Shown piece by piece: positions 32,709 through 45,339 of a stretch of 64,000 bases of DNA. Below the pieces are notes generated by a model. The model had not been told where the DNA came from, searched no databases, and saw only the letters and a list, made by a program, of their open reading frames with translations. Made by a program: the position numbers and the translations under genes. Numbering within the stretch: the first letter of the stretch is position 1; each line of letters begins with the position of its first letter. The DNA comes from Cyanophora paradoxa CCMP329 (lineage: Eukaryota > Plantae > Glaucophyta). The DNA lies in NCBI GenBank assembly GCA_004431415.1, contig QPMI01000175.1:1-64000 (forward strand). Direction: 5' to 3'.

Positions 32709-35280
32709 ATGCAGGCTGCCGGCAAGCCGCCGCCCGCGGGCAAGGTCAGCAGCTCTGTTTGTCTTCTGGAGCTCTATCTGACACTCTTCGCGCCGCCAGA
32801 GCGGCACCGCGCCTCTGCCGGCGCCTTATGCCGGTATCTTTCGAGAGCTGCGCTGCGCACTCTCCGGCATCCGCGTAAGCACAGCCCAGATGGTAAGTGC
32901 TCGCTCACGTATGCACCCCTCGCGCTAAGCGCTCTCAGAGGCGGGAGTTCAAAACCTTCGCAACGAACCTGGAGACCCACGTTGAGAGAACCTTTGCTAT
33001 CGACTTCAGGCACGTTGGACAGCTGCAGCAAGTGCGTTTCGCCCCACTCGTCTTCATCTCGGGCCCGAGTATGCGTAAAAGCGAGATTTGATCGCGCAGC
33101 TGTACAAGACGAACGCCGAGAACCGCGGGCTGATCAAGCTCTTGAGAGAGGAGGTGGCGAGAGCGCAGGAGAGCGAGGAGAAGGCGCTACAGGACATGGA
33201 GGAGAGCGCGGCCTGGCTCGCACATCAGCGAGAGCGGTCACAGAAGGAGGCGGTGGCGCGAGAGCAGCTACGCGGAGCGCTCGCTTCGGTGGCGACGACG
33301 CAGCGGCAGTCGCACGAGTCGATGCGCGAGCAGTTCGATCAGGAGAAGGCGCGCCTCGCGGAGGACTTTGCGCTGCTCCGCCGAGTCATGGTGGCCGCGG
33401 AGGCCGCCCGAGCGGTGTGCAGCCTTTTAGTCAAGCTTTTGGTCGCCTTGGCGCTCTCAAGTTCGCTCAAGCTTCCGAGCAGGCCGACGTGCGAAAGGTG
33501 CAGCAAGAGGCGAGCGCGGCGCTGGAGGCCGAGACGGCGGTCCGCGATCAACGCCCGCGGTCCTTTTTCGTGCCGTCGCTTAGCTGACGACCGCGCGGAT
33601 TCGGAAACTTCGCAGAAGCTGCTGGCTTGCACGGAGGCCGCAAACGATGCAGCACGGTGTCTCCAGGCCCGCCTCGATGCAATGCAGTCTGCGCTGGAGG
33701 TAAATCTGGCCTTTGAACATCAGAAGGCTCCTTCAAACACTTCGCAGGCGGCACAGAAGCGGGCGGAGGGCGCAGAGGCGTCGGCGCAGGCGGCCAAAGC
33801 GCACTCCGCGCGGGCCGACCGCCTGAACCAGGTGCGTGCGCATGCGTGCGCCCCGCCCCGCAGAGCGAGGCCAATCCCGCGCGCAGGAGCTTCTGGCGAA
33901 GCTCGCGCAGTCCGAGTCGCGCCTGCGAGGTCCGTGCGCTGCTGAATTCTCAGAGCTTCTGCTATGCGTTCTCGCGCCGATCTGAGGGTCGGTCTGCAGC
34001 TCTGGAGCGGCGCTCAGGGCCCGTTTGTGTGCAGCCGGCGCCTGCGGCCGCCGCTCCGCTGGCCGCGGCGGCGTCCTCGCCAAGCGCCAGCAAGGCCTCT
34101 GTGCCTGTCGGCACGCAGACGACCCTCACCGTCCCCCCTGGCAACAAGGTGCGAGCCCCGTCTCCCCGATCGCTCTGATCGTTCGATGATCGCCCCGCGC
34201 GCAGCGCCTGGTGATCGCCAGCCCCGCCCTGGCGCCCAGGAGCCCCCTGCGGAGCTCAAGCGCCCCGGGCAAGGCGCCCCCGCTGGTGGCCATGGACGCG
34301 GCGGGGCCGCCACTGAAGTCTCCCAACTTCCGACCCGCGACTCCCCCGGCGCCCGCCCGCGGGTCCCGCTGCCGCAGCGCCCCCAGCAAGGCGTGCCCCC
34401 GCACCCCCGCTGAAGCTGAAGCTGCAGCCGACGCCACCCCGGCTGTCCCTCCTTCTGCCCCGCCGGCCGCTTCTTCGCCGGCTCTGGTGCCCCTGCCCGC
34501 TCCGCCCCCTTCAGCCGCTTCGAGTTCTTCCCTCCCGCCGACGAACACGCAACCATGTACCCCTGCGCCCCGCGCGTCCACCCCCTCCACGCCCCACGCG
34601 CCCGCCCCGGCGGCGCCTCCGCACGCGGCCGCTCCTCCGCCCGCACCCGCGGCCGCTCCCGCGCACCCGGCGCCGGCGGTGGCGCCACGTACCCCGGAGC
34701 CCTCCCCAGCCTCTTTGGCCCCTCCTAGAACCCCCCTAACCCCCACCTCGCCGCCGGCGCTCTCCCCGGCGCCTCCAAGGAAGGAGCAGCCGAAGGCGCG
34801 ACCCGCGCTCTCCCCCGAGGTACGCGAATTCGGAGCCTCGCAGCCCGCTTCCTTGCCGAGCTCTCTAACCGACCCCTCTTCTCGATTCTAGATCCTCGCC
34901 GCCTGCGACCGGGAGGCGGTCCCCCTGCCCCGCCCGCCCCGCGCGCCGCCCTGCGCCCCGGACCCCATCGCCGCCTCGTGCGTCGCGATCGCCGCCGCGG
35001 GCGCGGAGAAGCCGAAGCCCTGGGCGAGGTCGGGGCGCCCCTGCGGCTGCTCGGGCTGCATCGCCCCCTCGGGCCCCTGCTCCATCGCCCCCGTGCGCGC
35101 GCCTCTAAAAGCTTCCAACCCGCCTCGCCCGGCGGCCCTCCAGCCAGCGAGGTCGCTGACTTCCTGCGGCGCCGGCAGGTCTTCCTGGCGCTGGAGCGCG
35201 AGAGGGAGCGGCGCAAGTCGAAGCGCGGGGCGCCCCGGGCGGCCTCCGCGGAGCCGAAGCGCAGCAGGACGCTGGCATGA
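32709..35280 (+). CDS. Hypothetical coiled-coil + proline-rich protein, multi-exon; boundaries approximate
   Basis: Exons REFKTFATNLETHVERTFAIDF and LYKTNAENRGLIKLLREEVARAQESEEKALQDMEE, a long Pro/Ala exon, and a final EVADFLRRRQVFLALERERERRK...*. Divergent from ABC1K. Confidence 0.55.
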
Positions 35281-37158
35281 ACCGCACGTTAACGTGGAAC
35301 CGAAGTTGAACCGAATCAAATGAAATCGAAAATCGAAATCAAAGCAAGGCCTAGGGCCGAGAGGAGAGAAAGGGCTAATAATAAGGGAGGATCCTCGAAG
35401 CCTCGAATAATTGGGGAGGAGGATCCGGAGAGGGCCCCGTTTGAGGGGAGCTCGCGATCGAGCTCATATGCATATTCTGGGACGTACCCCCCCACGCCAC
35501 CCCACCCCCCCTTGGATCGCTGTCAGCGAGATGCGCTACCTTGTATGCGTCGAGTGCGCATGCGCACGCGGTTCCTTACACTTTTAATTTGCTTTAGAAA
35601 TCCGCCAGGATCCAGCTCCATTTTCGCGCCGGTTTTTCGCGGCCGGCTCTCCTTGATCATTACCCTGGCTCGCGCAGTGGCTCGGAGTGCGCTGCGAGCG
35701 CATTCGACTTCGTCACTGAGAATCTCGTCCGGGCGCCGCGGGACGGCGTGCGCACCGGGCCCGCGCGAAGTTCTTCCGGCGCCACCGCCGGCTTGCAGTT
35801 GATAGTGGCCGATGTTATCGCCCCGCAGCTCATCCTCGCGACCGTGGCCGAGTCGATCGTGGACGAGACTGGAGTGATTCCCTTCGCCCCGGGTCCGCGC
35901 CTCTCGTCCCATGGAGCGCCGCCCGCGCTTGAAGCAGGGCCCCGGGCGTGATGGCTGTGCGTGCGCCGTGCACGTGGCCGATTTTGCATGCGCACGCGCA
36001 GAGTACGATGACATGGGCACCGCAATTACCAAGTACCGGGATCAGGTGCTGCTGCCGATTAGATGTAGAGCTCGAGCGCTGAGCACTAGAAATCGATTGC
36101 TTAGCTACTGCATTTTCGCAGCTCAGGGAATCGGTGCGAAAGCGGGCGGTCGGGCTCCTGGAGAGCTACGAGAAGCGCGCCCGCGAACTCGGGGTGCGTT
36201 CGAGTTTTCTCAAGGACGCTAGCGCTGCTAGCGCTGCGCATGCCAGGCTGCTTTTAGATCTAGCTTAAACAATGCTTGCTCTGGATTCATCCTTCTCAGG
36301 TCGCTGATGTCCTCACGGTCATGCTGGAGGGCAACGCGAAAGACGAGCTTGTCCACCTCGCCGAGAAGGCGCGCCCGCTTGGAAATTTTGAAAGGCTTTA
36401 AGGCGCAGTTTTAATTTTGCGCCGAATTCGAACCTGAGGCTTTTGCAGGAGCGGCCGGATATGTGCGTCGTCGGGAGCCGTGGCCTCGGGCCTGTGAAGC
36501 GCCTCCTCCTCGGCAGGTGCGCACCCATACGCGGCCGCCCGGCACGTTGCTCAGTTGCTCAGCCGCTGAGCCGGCGCCTCGCAGTGTTTCCGATTATCTG
36601 GCGCATCACCTCCCGATGCCCGTGCGCATGCGCATGCGTAGCGCTCCGGATCCCGAGTCCTGCGGCCCGGACAGTTGCGGTCGACGTCTGAGCTCGAGCG
36701 CCCGCCGCGCGGCGGACGTGCGCAGGTCCTCGTCTTCCGGGCCCCCTCGGGGTACAACCGGGAGGACGTGGGCGAGGCCGAGGCGGCGGCCGCCTCGGCG
36801 CAGGCCGCCGCCGAGCGGGCCGCGACGCCCCAGGGGCAGGCGCACCGCGCCGAGCGCTTCATGGAAGAGGCGCGCATGATATCGATCATGAAGTTCCAAC
36901 CTCTGATATCGCGATCTTCAGATGCAGGGCAAGGGAGGCGCGCCCGCAGCGGAGGCCGGCGGGGAGCAGAAGACGGTGGAGGCTTGAATTGAACAGAGCA
37001 ATAGCACGGGACAATAATAATGCAACTAAGCTCGAGCTAGCATGTAAATACAATATATATAGCACTGTATCTGATGAAAGAGAATGAGACAGAATGTGTC
37101 CGTCGCGTGCACGCAGACGGATAAGAGGGAGGCGGGAAACGGGTGGAGTGCTCGGAAG

Positions 37159-37199
<41 letters not shown>

Positions 37200-37211
37200 C
37201 GGAGGCGGGCG

Positions 37212-38528
37212 CTACCTCATGACGGCGGGGGTGAAGCTGGGGCGGGGCGCCGGCTCGTGCCAGGTGGGGGAGGGCGGGGAGTTGGCGCTCGGCATCGTGA
37301 TGCGCCGGTTGGGGCCGCCGCCCAGCGGCGGCAGCCGGATCTTGCCGGGCGCCAGCGTGCCCCGCAGGTCCGGGGACCTCCGCTCGAGAGGCCCGGGGCC
37401 GGGCGAGGTGGGGGAGAGGGAGGCGGGCGGGGAGGCGGCGGCGAGGGGCGAGGAGGAGGAGGCGGCGGCGGGCGGGGGCAGCGGGGAGCGCCGGAAGTCG
37501 CGGGCGCCGAGGGCGGAGGGTATCTCGAGCTCGGGCGGGGCGCCGGGCTTGCCGGGCGAGGAGTAGCGCCGGTTGGCCGGCTTGCTCTCCGGCGGGGAGC
37601 GCGCCGAGGTCGGAACGAACGAGTTCGCAGAGGAAGAGGGGGACAGCGCGGCGCCGCGGGGGGAGTTCGGCGACGGGTACGGCCCGGGGCGGCCCCGCTC
37701 GCCCCCACCGCCCGCCTGGGCAACCTGGGGGCGACCGGCCGGCCGCTCAGCCCGGCCCGGCCCGGCCCGGCTCGGCTCAGGGGCGGGGCTGGATGGGGCG
37801 GACCTGGACAAAGCCGTCGTAGGCGAGCTTGATGCCCACCCTCCAGTCGAGCATCGCCTGCGCAAGCTGCGGGGGAAGGAGGGGGCTCAGGCCGGCCGGG
37901 CCGGGCGCGCGGGGCGCGGGGCGCGGGGCGGGGCGGGCCTGGACGAAGCGGGCGGCGGCGATGCAGGCGCCGCAGGCGGCGGGGAAGCCGCCGAAGGTGC
38001 TGCGCCCGCCGAGGATGTCGCGGCCCGAGGCGCTCACGCGGGGGACCTTGAGGACGTCGAGGCAGCGCGCGGTGTCCACCTCCAGCTCCTTCACGAGGTC
38101 GCTCGCCTGCTTGTGGGAGCGGTTCTGCTGCGGGATGCTCTCCACCGCCTGGCCCTCCTGCAGCGAGAGCTTCATGGAGACCAGCACGCCCGAGAAGAAG
38201 AGCATCAGCGCGCTCGAAGAGGACGCCAGCTCCGCCTCGATGCTGCCCCCGCGCCGGCCCCGCCTCAGCCCCCGGCCGGCGCGCCGCGCACGAGCCCCCG
38301 CACCTGATCCCGCCGGTGCCCGCGGATCGCAAGAGCGCGAGGCCGGCGAGGCCCCCGGCAGCCGTGATCGCTGCGGGCGCGAAACTCTGCTTCAGCAAGT
38401 TGCGGCAGACGCCTCAAGAACGCCCCACGCACCGGTTTCGACGTGAACGCCACGGCTGTCGCGCAGCTGCCGCGGAGTCAGCGTCCGCGGACGCAGCCAA
38501 GGACCGCATCAAGTTTACCTTTTGCATG
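37212..38528 (-). CDS. Hypothetical protein with a helical N-terminal part and a Ser/Pro-rich tail; start uncertain
   Basis: Exons SIEAELASSSSALMLFFSGVLVSMKLSLQEG...AARFVQ, LAQAMLDWRVGIKLAYDGFVQ and VAQAGGG...PSFTPAVMR*, separated by short GC-rich introns. Confidence 0.5.
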
Positions 38529-38925
38529 ATCACTGACACGAGCTTTTCACCAAGAGCCGTGAGGTTATCGGACTGGCCACTTGTTGCAGGCGGAAGGCCA
38601 GGGCCGGAAACCCGTGAAGGGCTCCGCCCCTGCTCCTCGGGCGCGTGCATTGTTGAGCTAGCTCAGCCGGCGGTGGAGCGCGGTCAGCTGGCCACTGCTC
38701 ATGCGGGGAGCCCGATCTGGGCGAGGGCTGGCTGTTCGGCGCCCCGTGGTCGAGACAATTCGCCTGCTTTTGCGCTCTGCTGGCGTTGCTAGTCCACCTA
38801 CAGGGCAGCGCCGGCGAGTTAAGCAAGGATTGCTTTGGGGGTACAGGCGACTGAACTCGCTGTGGCCTGTTCTTCGTTCGTGGCCGGGCCGTACTCGTTC
38901 GCACTTCTTCAGTTTCGGGAGCGCC

Positions 38926-40987
38926 ATGGGAAAGGCCAAGAAGGAGAAGGCGGTGAAGGGCGAGCGGTTCAAGCCGACGCCGGTGGTGAGCATGCAGGAC
39001 ATCGAGCGCATGCAGGAGAGTGGAGAGCTGACGGAGGAGGACTCCCTGCCACTTCTGGAAAAGGTGCGCCCGCGCCCGAGGGTAGCGCTCTTCGGCCGCT
39101 CGCGGCCGCCGCCGGGCGCTGGCTGCGCGGGGTCCTTAGCTAAGGCTGACGCAACCTCTCGCGCCGCTCGCCGCACGCCGCAGATGGACAGCGTACACGA
39201 CGGCGATCGCGAGAACGCATGCGCGTTCCTGGCGAACATCGTCCTGCAGGGCGAGCACGAGCGCCAGATACTCCTCCGCGAGAACGTCATCCGGAAGCTC
39301 TCCTCGCGCGTCATCGACACCAGCGTCGCCGTCCGCGCCGCCGCGGCCGGCGCCCTCCGGTCCGCGCGGGCCCTCACTTCGCCGGGCGCCCGGCGCCGGG
39401 CCGAGGGGCGCGGGCGGGCGCGCAGGAACCTGAGCCTGTGCCTGGACCACGAGATCCGCGACCGCATGGTCCACGACGACGCCCTCACGCCCCTCATCGT
39501 CGCCCTCATCCAGGCGCGCGCCGCGCTCGAGCTCTGCCCCCCGCCGCGCCGGCGCCGCTGAGCCCGCGCCGCCGGCGCCCCGCAGGCGATCGAGACGCTC
39601 AAGGGCGAGGCGGCGCAGGGCGACCCGAAGCTGATGAAGAGCGCCCAGACGCTGGCGGAGAACCTCGTGGCGTGCTTCTGGCACCTGGCGGAGAGCTCCG
39701 AGCGCGCCGTCGAGCTTCTCTGCGCCCAGGAGCGCGCCCTCGACGCCGTCGTCGAGTTCCTGCGGCCCGGCGTGCCCCCGGAGCTCCTCCTCACCGCCGG
39801 TGCGCGCCGCCCCTCGGGGCCGGGCGACGGCCGCGGGCGGGGCGGGGCGCGGCGGGGCGCGGCGGGGGCCGACGGGGGCGGCGGGGCGGCAGCGCAATGC
39901 GTCCAGGTGCTCACCGACGAGAACCCGCGGATGGTCGCCTACTTTGCCGCCCGCCCCGCCCTCCTCCTGGCCCGCCCCGCACCCCCCCGCTCAGACCGTC
40001 CCGCCTTGTACCCCTGACTCATCCCCCCGCAGTCCCTCTCCGCCCTGACGCAGTCGACGGACGAAACGGTCGACGTCCTCACCCGAACCGTCGCCGCCGG
40101 TGACGCCACGCGCCCCGCAGCCCCCGCGCCGCGGCACGCTCGCTGACGGGGGTACAGGAATCGCGTACAACGTGCGGGATGCGGCGCCGGGGGCGGACGT
40201 TCGGGGGCCCGTGGTGGGGGTACTGGTCCGGACCCTCGAGTGGGACGCGGTGGCTGCCCTCCCCGACATCCTCCCCCGCCTCCAGTCCGCCGTGCGTACC
40301 CCCCTGCGTACCCTGGCTTGCCCGCTCGCGTACCCCGGTCCGACCCGCCCTGGGGGGTACAGGAGCCCTACGAGAACGGGGTGGGGGCGGCGGGGGACCT
40401 GTTCCCGGAGGCGTCGGCGTGGAAGCGCGCTGTTAGTGCCCAGGTCCTGGCCGCCGAGCTCCTCGCCAACATGTGCCAGGAGGGGTATGCGCGCCGGGCT
40501 GGCGGACCGCGCGCGCACCCGGGCCCATGGAGATCTGACCGCGCGCCGCGGCCCAGGGCGGAGGACGAGGGGGAGGAGGGCGAGGAGGAGGAGGGCTGGG
40601 AGGAGTCCGCGGGGGACGAGCCCGCGGCGCCCCCCGAGGCCGGCCCCGCCGACGCCCCCGCCCTTCCCCCGGGTACGCGGTTTCCTTCGCGCAGGGTAGC
40701 GACCCCGAGGCCTGAGGCCGCCCGCAGCGGCGGCCGCCGCCATCGCGTCCAGCGGGGTACCCCGGCTCGTGCTCGCGAAGTGCCGCGCCGTACCCCCCGC
40801 CGCCCCGGGCGCGTCCCCCCTAGTCCTCGAGGTGCGCCGAGCGCGTGCAGCCCCCGGCCAGCATCCTCCAAAATCCTGAGACTCCGGTACCCGCAGGCCC
40901 GGGAGCAGCTGCGAACCCTCCAGCTCCGGTCCCTCGCGTGCCTCGGGAACATGCTCCAGGCGATGCCCCCGGCCGGTGCGCCCCCAC

Positions 40988-41018
<31 letters not shown>

Positions 41019-42019
41019 CCCCACCCCTCCCTCCCCTCTCCTCCCCGCTTCGCTGAAGCTGTACCCCCCATGCGGCAGCCTTTGGGGAGCTCGGGGGCGC
41101 GTGGGAGGCGCTCGTGCAGACGTGCGAGGCGGTCGCCACGGGGAACGACTCCGAGGCGAGCGTGGGGGAGAGGCGGCGCACCCCGGGATCGGTCCCCCCG
41201 CCTGACCCCGGGGCGCGGCAGGTGCTGGAGGCTGTGACGCTGGCGATGTGGCTCCTGCTGCGCTGCGGGGGCCCCAAGTCGCCCATCCCCGTGCGCCCCG
41301 CCTCCGCCTCCCCCGCGCAGGCCGGCCCCGCGCCGACGCCGACGCCGACGCGGGCGGGCCGCGGCGGGCAGTTCGTGGGGGAGAGCCACCTGGCGGGGAT
41401 GGCCAAGATCGCCAAGCACCCGTGCGCCCCCCCCCCCTTCCCTCCCCCCCGCCCCGCTCAGCTGAGCGTTCGCCTGGGGCAGGTGCGCTGAGGTGCGGGA
41501 GAACGCGCTCCGCATGCTCGCCGCCGTCGGCACGCGGCCCCACGACCCCGCCACCAACGCCGTCCGCCGCCCCTCCCGCCCGCCGCCCCGCCCCGCGCCC
41601 CTCGACCTTGCGCTGCGCTGGCAGGCGCTGGGGCGGGGCCTGCTGGAGGCGGCGGAGGGGGACGCGTCGCTGGCGTGCGCGGCGGCCGCCCTTGACGCCC
41701 TCTACGACGTCTACGCCGAGGAGCAGGCACGCCCCCGCATCCCGCGCCCTTTGTTCTGTTTAGTCTGAGGGCGCCCGCAGTACGACGCAAACGTGCGGGC
41801 GCTGGAGATGGTGCCCCGCCTCGAGCGCCTCCTCCCCGCCCTCAAGCAGCGGGTGAGCGTCGTGTTCCTTGCTCGCCCTGCCCAGGCGCCCGACCCGACG
41901 GCCGCCCCCAGATCGCGGCGAGCAAGGGCCCGGCGGAGCGGGAGGCGCGGGAGCGGGCCCGCGAGGCGCGCCTCAACCTGCCCCGCTTCATCGCCTACAA
42001 GAAGAAGCACATGCGATAG
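38926..42019 (+). CDS. HEATR3: HEAT/ARM repeat protein HEATR3 / Syo1 (uL5-uL18 symportin), multi-exon
   Basis: MGKAKKEK..RFKP, LPLLEK, DRENACAFLANI, VRAAAAGALR|NLS, MVHDDALTPL, an acidic loop, LDALYDVYAEE and C-terminal ARLNLPRFIAYKKK match the Syo1/HEATR3 layout. Confidence 0.85.
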
Positions 42020-42227
42020 CCGCCGCCGGGCCGGGGCCCCGCGCCCCCGTTCTGTCGCCCGCTCCTGTCTCGATCCATGCAATATTGACGGCGCTCCGGA
42101 TCCCGGGCGCGCTCGCATGAAGCTTGCGGGAGCCCTCATGTCGGATGCGAATTTCTTCTTCACGTAACATAGCCCTCCACCGAAAGCAATCACACCGCCC
42201 CGCGGGGGGGGGAGGGGGCCCTCGAGC

Positions 42228-43358
42228 TCAGCGGGCGGGGGAACGGCAGGCGGCGCCGGCCTCGCGCTCGAGGGCCGCCCTCAGCCCGCGGATGCGGGCC
42301 TGCACGAGGCCCCCGGGGGCCCGCGGGCTCTCCCCCGCCCCCTCCGCCTCCGCCGCGGCGCTCGCCTGCGTGCCGCCGGCGCCGGCCGCGGGGCGGCGTG
42401 GGGGCCCCGGCGGGGCGGGGCACGATGTCGGCCTGCCGGGCCTGGGGCAGGGGGGTACGACGTCCGAGGCGAAGAAGGAGCGCGGGGCGGGGCGGGGGCG
42501 ATGGGCCCCGCGAGGGCGCCCGGCAGCTCGCCGCGCGTCGGGCGCCGCGAGGAGCCGCCCCCGAGGACGGCCTCCGCCTGCGCGGCCCGAGTGAGCACGG
42601 GGCGAGGCGAAGTTCGACGGGGGCGGGCGCGAGTGCGGCGGGGGCGGGCGGGCCTGGACGCGCAGGGCGGAGAGGCGGCGGGCGGCGATCTCCTGGCGGT
42701 CGCGCTGGGGCACGCAGAACGAGGCCAGCGAGTCCTTCCGCGGCGGCAGCTGCTGCCCCTCCGCCTCCCCCGCCCCCACGGCAGGAGCCGCCGGCGCGGC
42801 CGCCGCCGGGCCGTACGCGTCGGAGTCGCCGTCGGGGAGGGACGGCGCGAAGGGGTCGACGTACGCGTCGTCCGCGCCGCTGGCGCTGGCGGCGCTGCGG
42901 GCGGACGGGGAGCGGGAGGAGTCGACGGGCGCGGGCGGCGGGGCGTGGGCGGCGAGCTCGGGGTCGACGGCGCAGGCGCCCAGGAGGCCCTCGATGGAGC
43001 GCAGCGTCTCGACGAAGGAGGCCATCACGTCCCGCGTCGACTCCTCCCGCTCCTTCGCCTCCCGCAGCGCGTCCTCCACCTTCGCCTCGATCCGGCTCAG
43101 GATCGGGTGCAGCGCGCTCAGCACCGTCTCCGCCACCATCGAGACGGCCGCCTCGCCGAGCGCGTCGCCCGGCGCTCCGTCCTCGGGGAGCGGCGGCGTC
43201 GGCTGCCGCGAGCGGCCGTACATCTCGCCAAGCGCCGATCCGCTCAATGGCTCGCCGTCGTCGCCGGCGGCAAAGTGCGAGAGCTTGAACTCCTCCTCCT
43301 CGACCTGGTCCATCTGCCGCCGCAGCGCCTCCCAGTCCTCTATGTTTGCGGCAGCCAT
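42228..43358 (-). CDS. Hypothetical protein
   Basis: Long first exon MAAANIEDWEALRRQMDQVEEEEFK...ILSRIEAKVEDALREAKEREE (coiled-coil), then 2-3 short exons ending LVQARIRGLRAALEREAG...*. Confidence 0.55.
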   Translation of the reverse strand: MAAANIEDWEALRRQMDQVEEEEFKLSHFAAGDDGEPLSGSALGEMYGRSRQPTPPLPEDGAPGDALGEAAVSMVAETVLSALHPILSRIEAKVEDALREAKEREESTRDVMASFVETLRSIEGLLGACAVDPELAAHAPPPAPVDSSRSPSARSAASASGADDAYVDPFAPSLPDGDSDAYGPAAAAPAAPAVGAGEAEGQQLPPRKDSLASFCVPQRDRQEIAARRLSALRVQARPPPPHSRPPPSNFASPRAHSGRAGGGRPRGRLLAAPDARRAAGRPRGAHRPRPAPRSFFASDVVPPCPRPGRPTSCPAPPGPPRRPAAGAGGTQASAAAEAEGAGESPRAPGGLVQARIRGLRAALEREAGAACRSPAR

Positions 43359-43617
43359 CCCAACTGCAAGCGCTTGCCGCTCCGCTCGCCGCTGGAGTCG
43401 CTCGTGCTCGGGTCTAGTGTCTCGCTAGCGCTGCTTGCCGGATGGTCGCTGCGCTGCGTCTCTGGTCTGCTCAGCGGCTTGTAATGAACGCACAGGTCGT
43501 ACGCGAGCGCGCTGTGCTGCCGCATGGCTCCGGGAAGCGGACCGGCGCAAGCCGACGCGAATCGCTGCTTCTTCAATTCGTGTACCCCAAGCGAACTTGC
43601 CAACTTCGAATCCAGCG

Positions 43618-45007
43618 ATGTCGGCGGCGAACGCGGCGCTGCTAGACCGCGCCCAGACGATACTCGAAAGGGCCAGACGCCTGGCCGTCGCGCTCAAAAC
43701 CGAGACGAGCGCCGACCGGCCCGCAAACGCGCTCGTGCGAGCGGTGCGCGTCCTTGAGGGCGTGCGAAAGACGGCGGATACGCTACTTGCAGCGCGTGCC
43801 AGGCGGTGAGCTCGCGCAGCGTCGAGCGGGGGCGGTCCGGCTCATGCATGTCGTCGCCTGCAGGCTTGGGCGCCTGCGGGACGGCGAGCCCGACGCCGCG
43901 GTCGAGGAGGAGGCCGAGGAGGCTCTTGCTGATCATTCCGCGCTGCTGGATCGCATGGAGGCCGCGGCGGGGCTTCGGCCGGCCGTGGGGGGCGCGGAGG
44001 AAGCCAGCTGCAGAGGCGGGCCGTCGGCCGCGTCGGCCGCAGCGGCCGCCGATCTGCGTTACATCGAAGAGCTCGGCGATTCGACGGCGCCGGACGGACT
44101 GGAGGAGGCGTCGCGCATGCGGTGGCGCGCCCGCCCGCCTGCGGCGCGCGATCGAATTGGTCTAAGTGACCGCGCCGCTGAGCGCGCCGCAGGCTCGCCG
44201 GGGCGGTGCGGGAGCTGCGGGCGACGGAGCGCGATTGGGACTTCCAGGCTGAGCTCCTCGCCGACCAGGCACGGCACGGCGCGGCTTAGGGCCGAGCGCC
44301 CCCTGAGCGCGCCCGCCTCGGCAGGTGGCCGTGGCAGGGAGCTCGGGGTACACGCGCTCGAACTTCGCGTACGGGAGCACGCCCTTCTCGACCTTCCGGC
44401 GGGCCCTGCGCGAGGTGCCCGCGGCGCGCGCCGCCGCCGCCGACTGCGCCGCCGGCCGCGGTGCCTTCCTCGTCTTCGGCTCCAGGTGACCGTTCGCCTG
44501 CCCGCACCCCGCCTCCCCCCATCTTCTCACCCGCCCCGCGGCTCCAGCGTCGGGTGGCTCCTGTTCTACGCGGCCGCCCTCCTGGGGCCCCTCGCCGACG
44601 TGGAGGGGTACGAGATCCTCCCGTGCCTCGCGGCGCGCGCGGAGGCCGTCGCCCGCCGGGAAGGCTGCCCCGCCCGGATTCGAACCGTGGTCGGCGACAT
44701 GCTCTCGGCGGACGTCTCGCGGGCGCGCCTCGTCGTCCTCGCCTCGCTCTGCTGGGACCCCGGCCTCGCCAGGAAGGTCGGGGCCCCTCCCCTCCCCGTG
44801 CTGGAGGCCCTAGGGGCCCCGCTGAGGCCCGCGCAGGCGGCGGCGAAGCTGGCGGGGGAGCTCCCGGCGGGGGGTGCGGTGGTGGACTACCAGCGGGGCC
44901 CGCTGCGGGAGGCGGGCCTGGAGGAGGTGGGCGAGGTGCCCGGGGCCGCCACCTCGTGGGACGAGGGCGGCGGGCACCAGTCCCTCTTCATCTTCCTCAA
45001 GCGGTAG
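43618..45007 (+). CDS. Class I SAM-dependent methyltransferase (DOT1-like fold)
   Basis: NFAYGSTP, FLVFGS|SVGWL (motif I), VEGYEILP, VVGDML.ADVS, LVVLASLCWD, VVDY and ATSW occur in DOT1-like order. Confidence 0.65.
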
Positions 45008-45339
45008 CGCCCCGGCATGCATACCGCAGCTGCTCTCCTTCGAATTCTGCAAGCATATGCTAGATCAAAACAAGAATGATAGGATAGGTCCGACTAGGCA
45101 GGGGCTCTTCCCAGTTGCTTATGCTTGTGCTAGATTGCATTGGTTCAAATCCGCATCATACATCATCATGGTAGCTACACACGAAATGAAGGCGCACTGC
45201 GCGTGGGCGCGAGCGCGCCCGTTCATAGTACCGAATACGCAAGAAACAGACAGGAATATACTGCGGTTGGCAGACTGGCCTAGAGAACAGCCGGCGAGGC
45301 TGGGGCCGAGACCGGCGGTTTCTGGGCCGGGCCGGACAA

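Noticed and set aside
35320-36990. Gene at 35.7-36.9 kb
   Set aside because: Only short protein-like fragments are present, with no consistent start, splice chain or recognisable domain.
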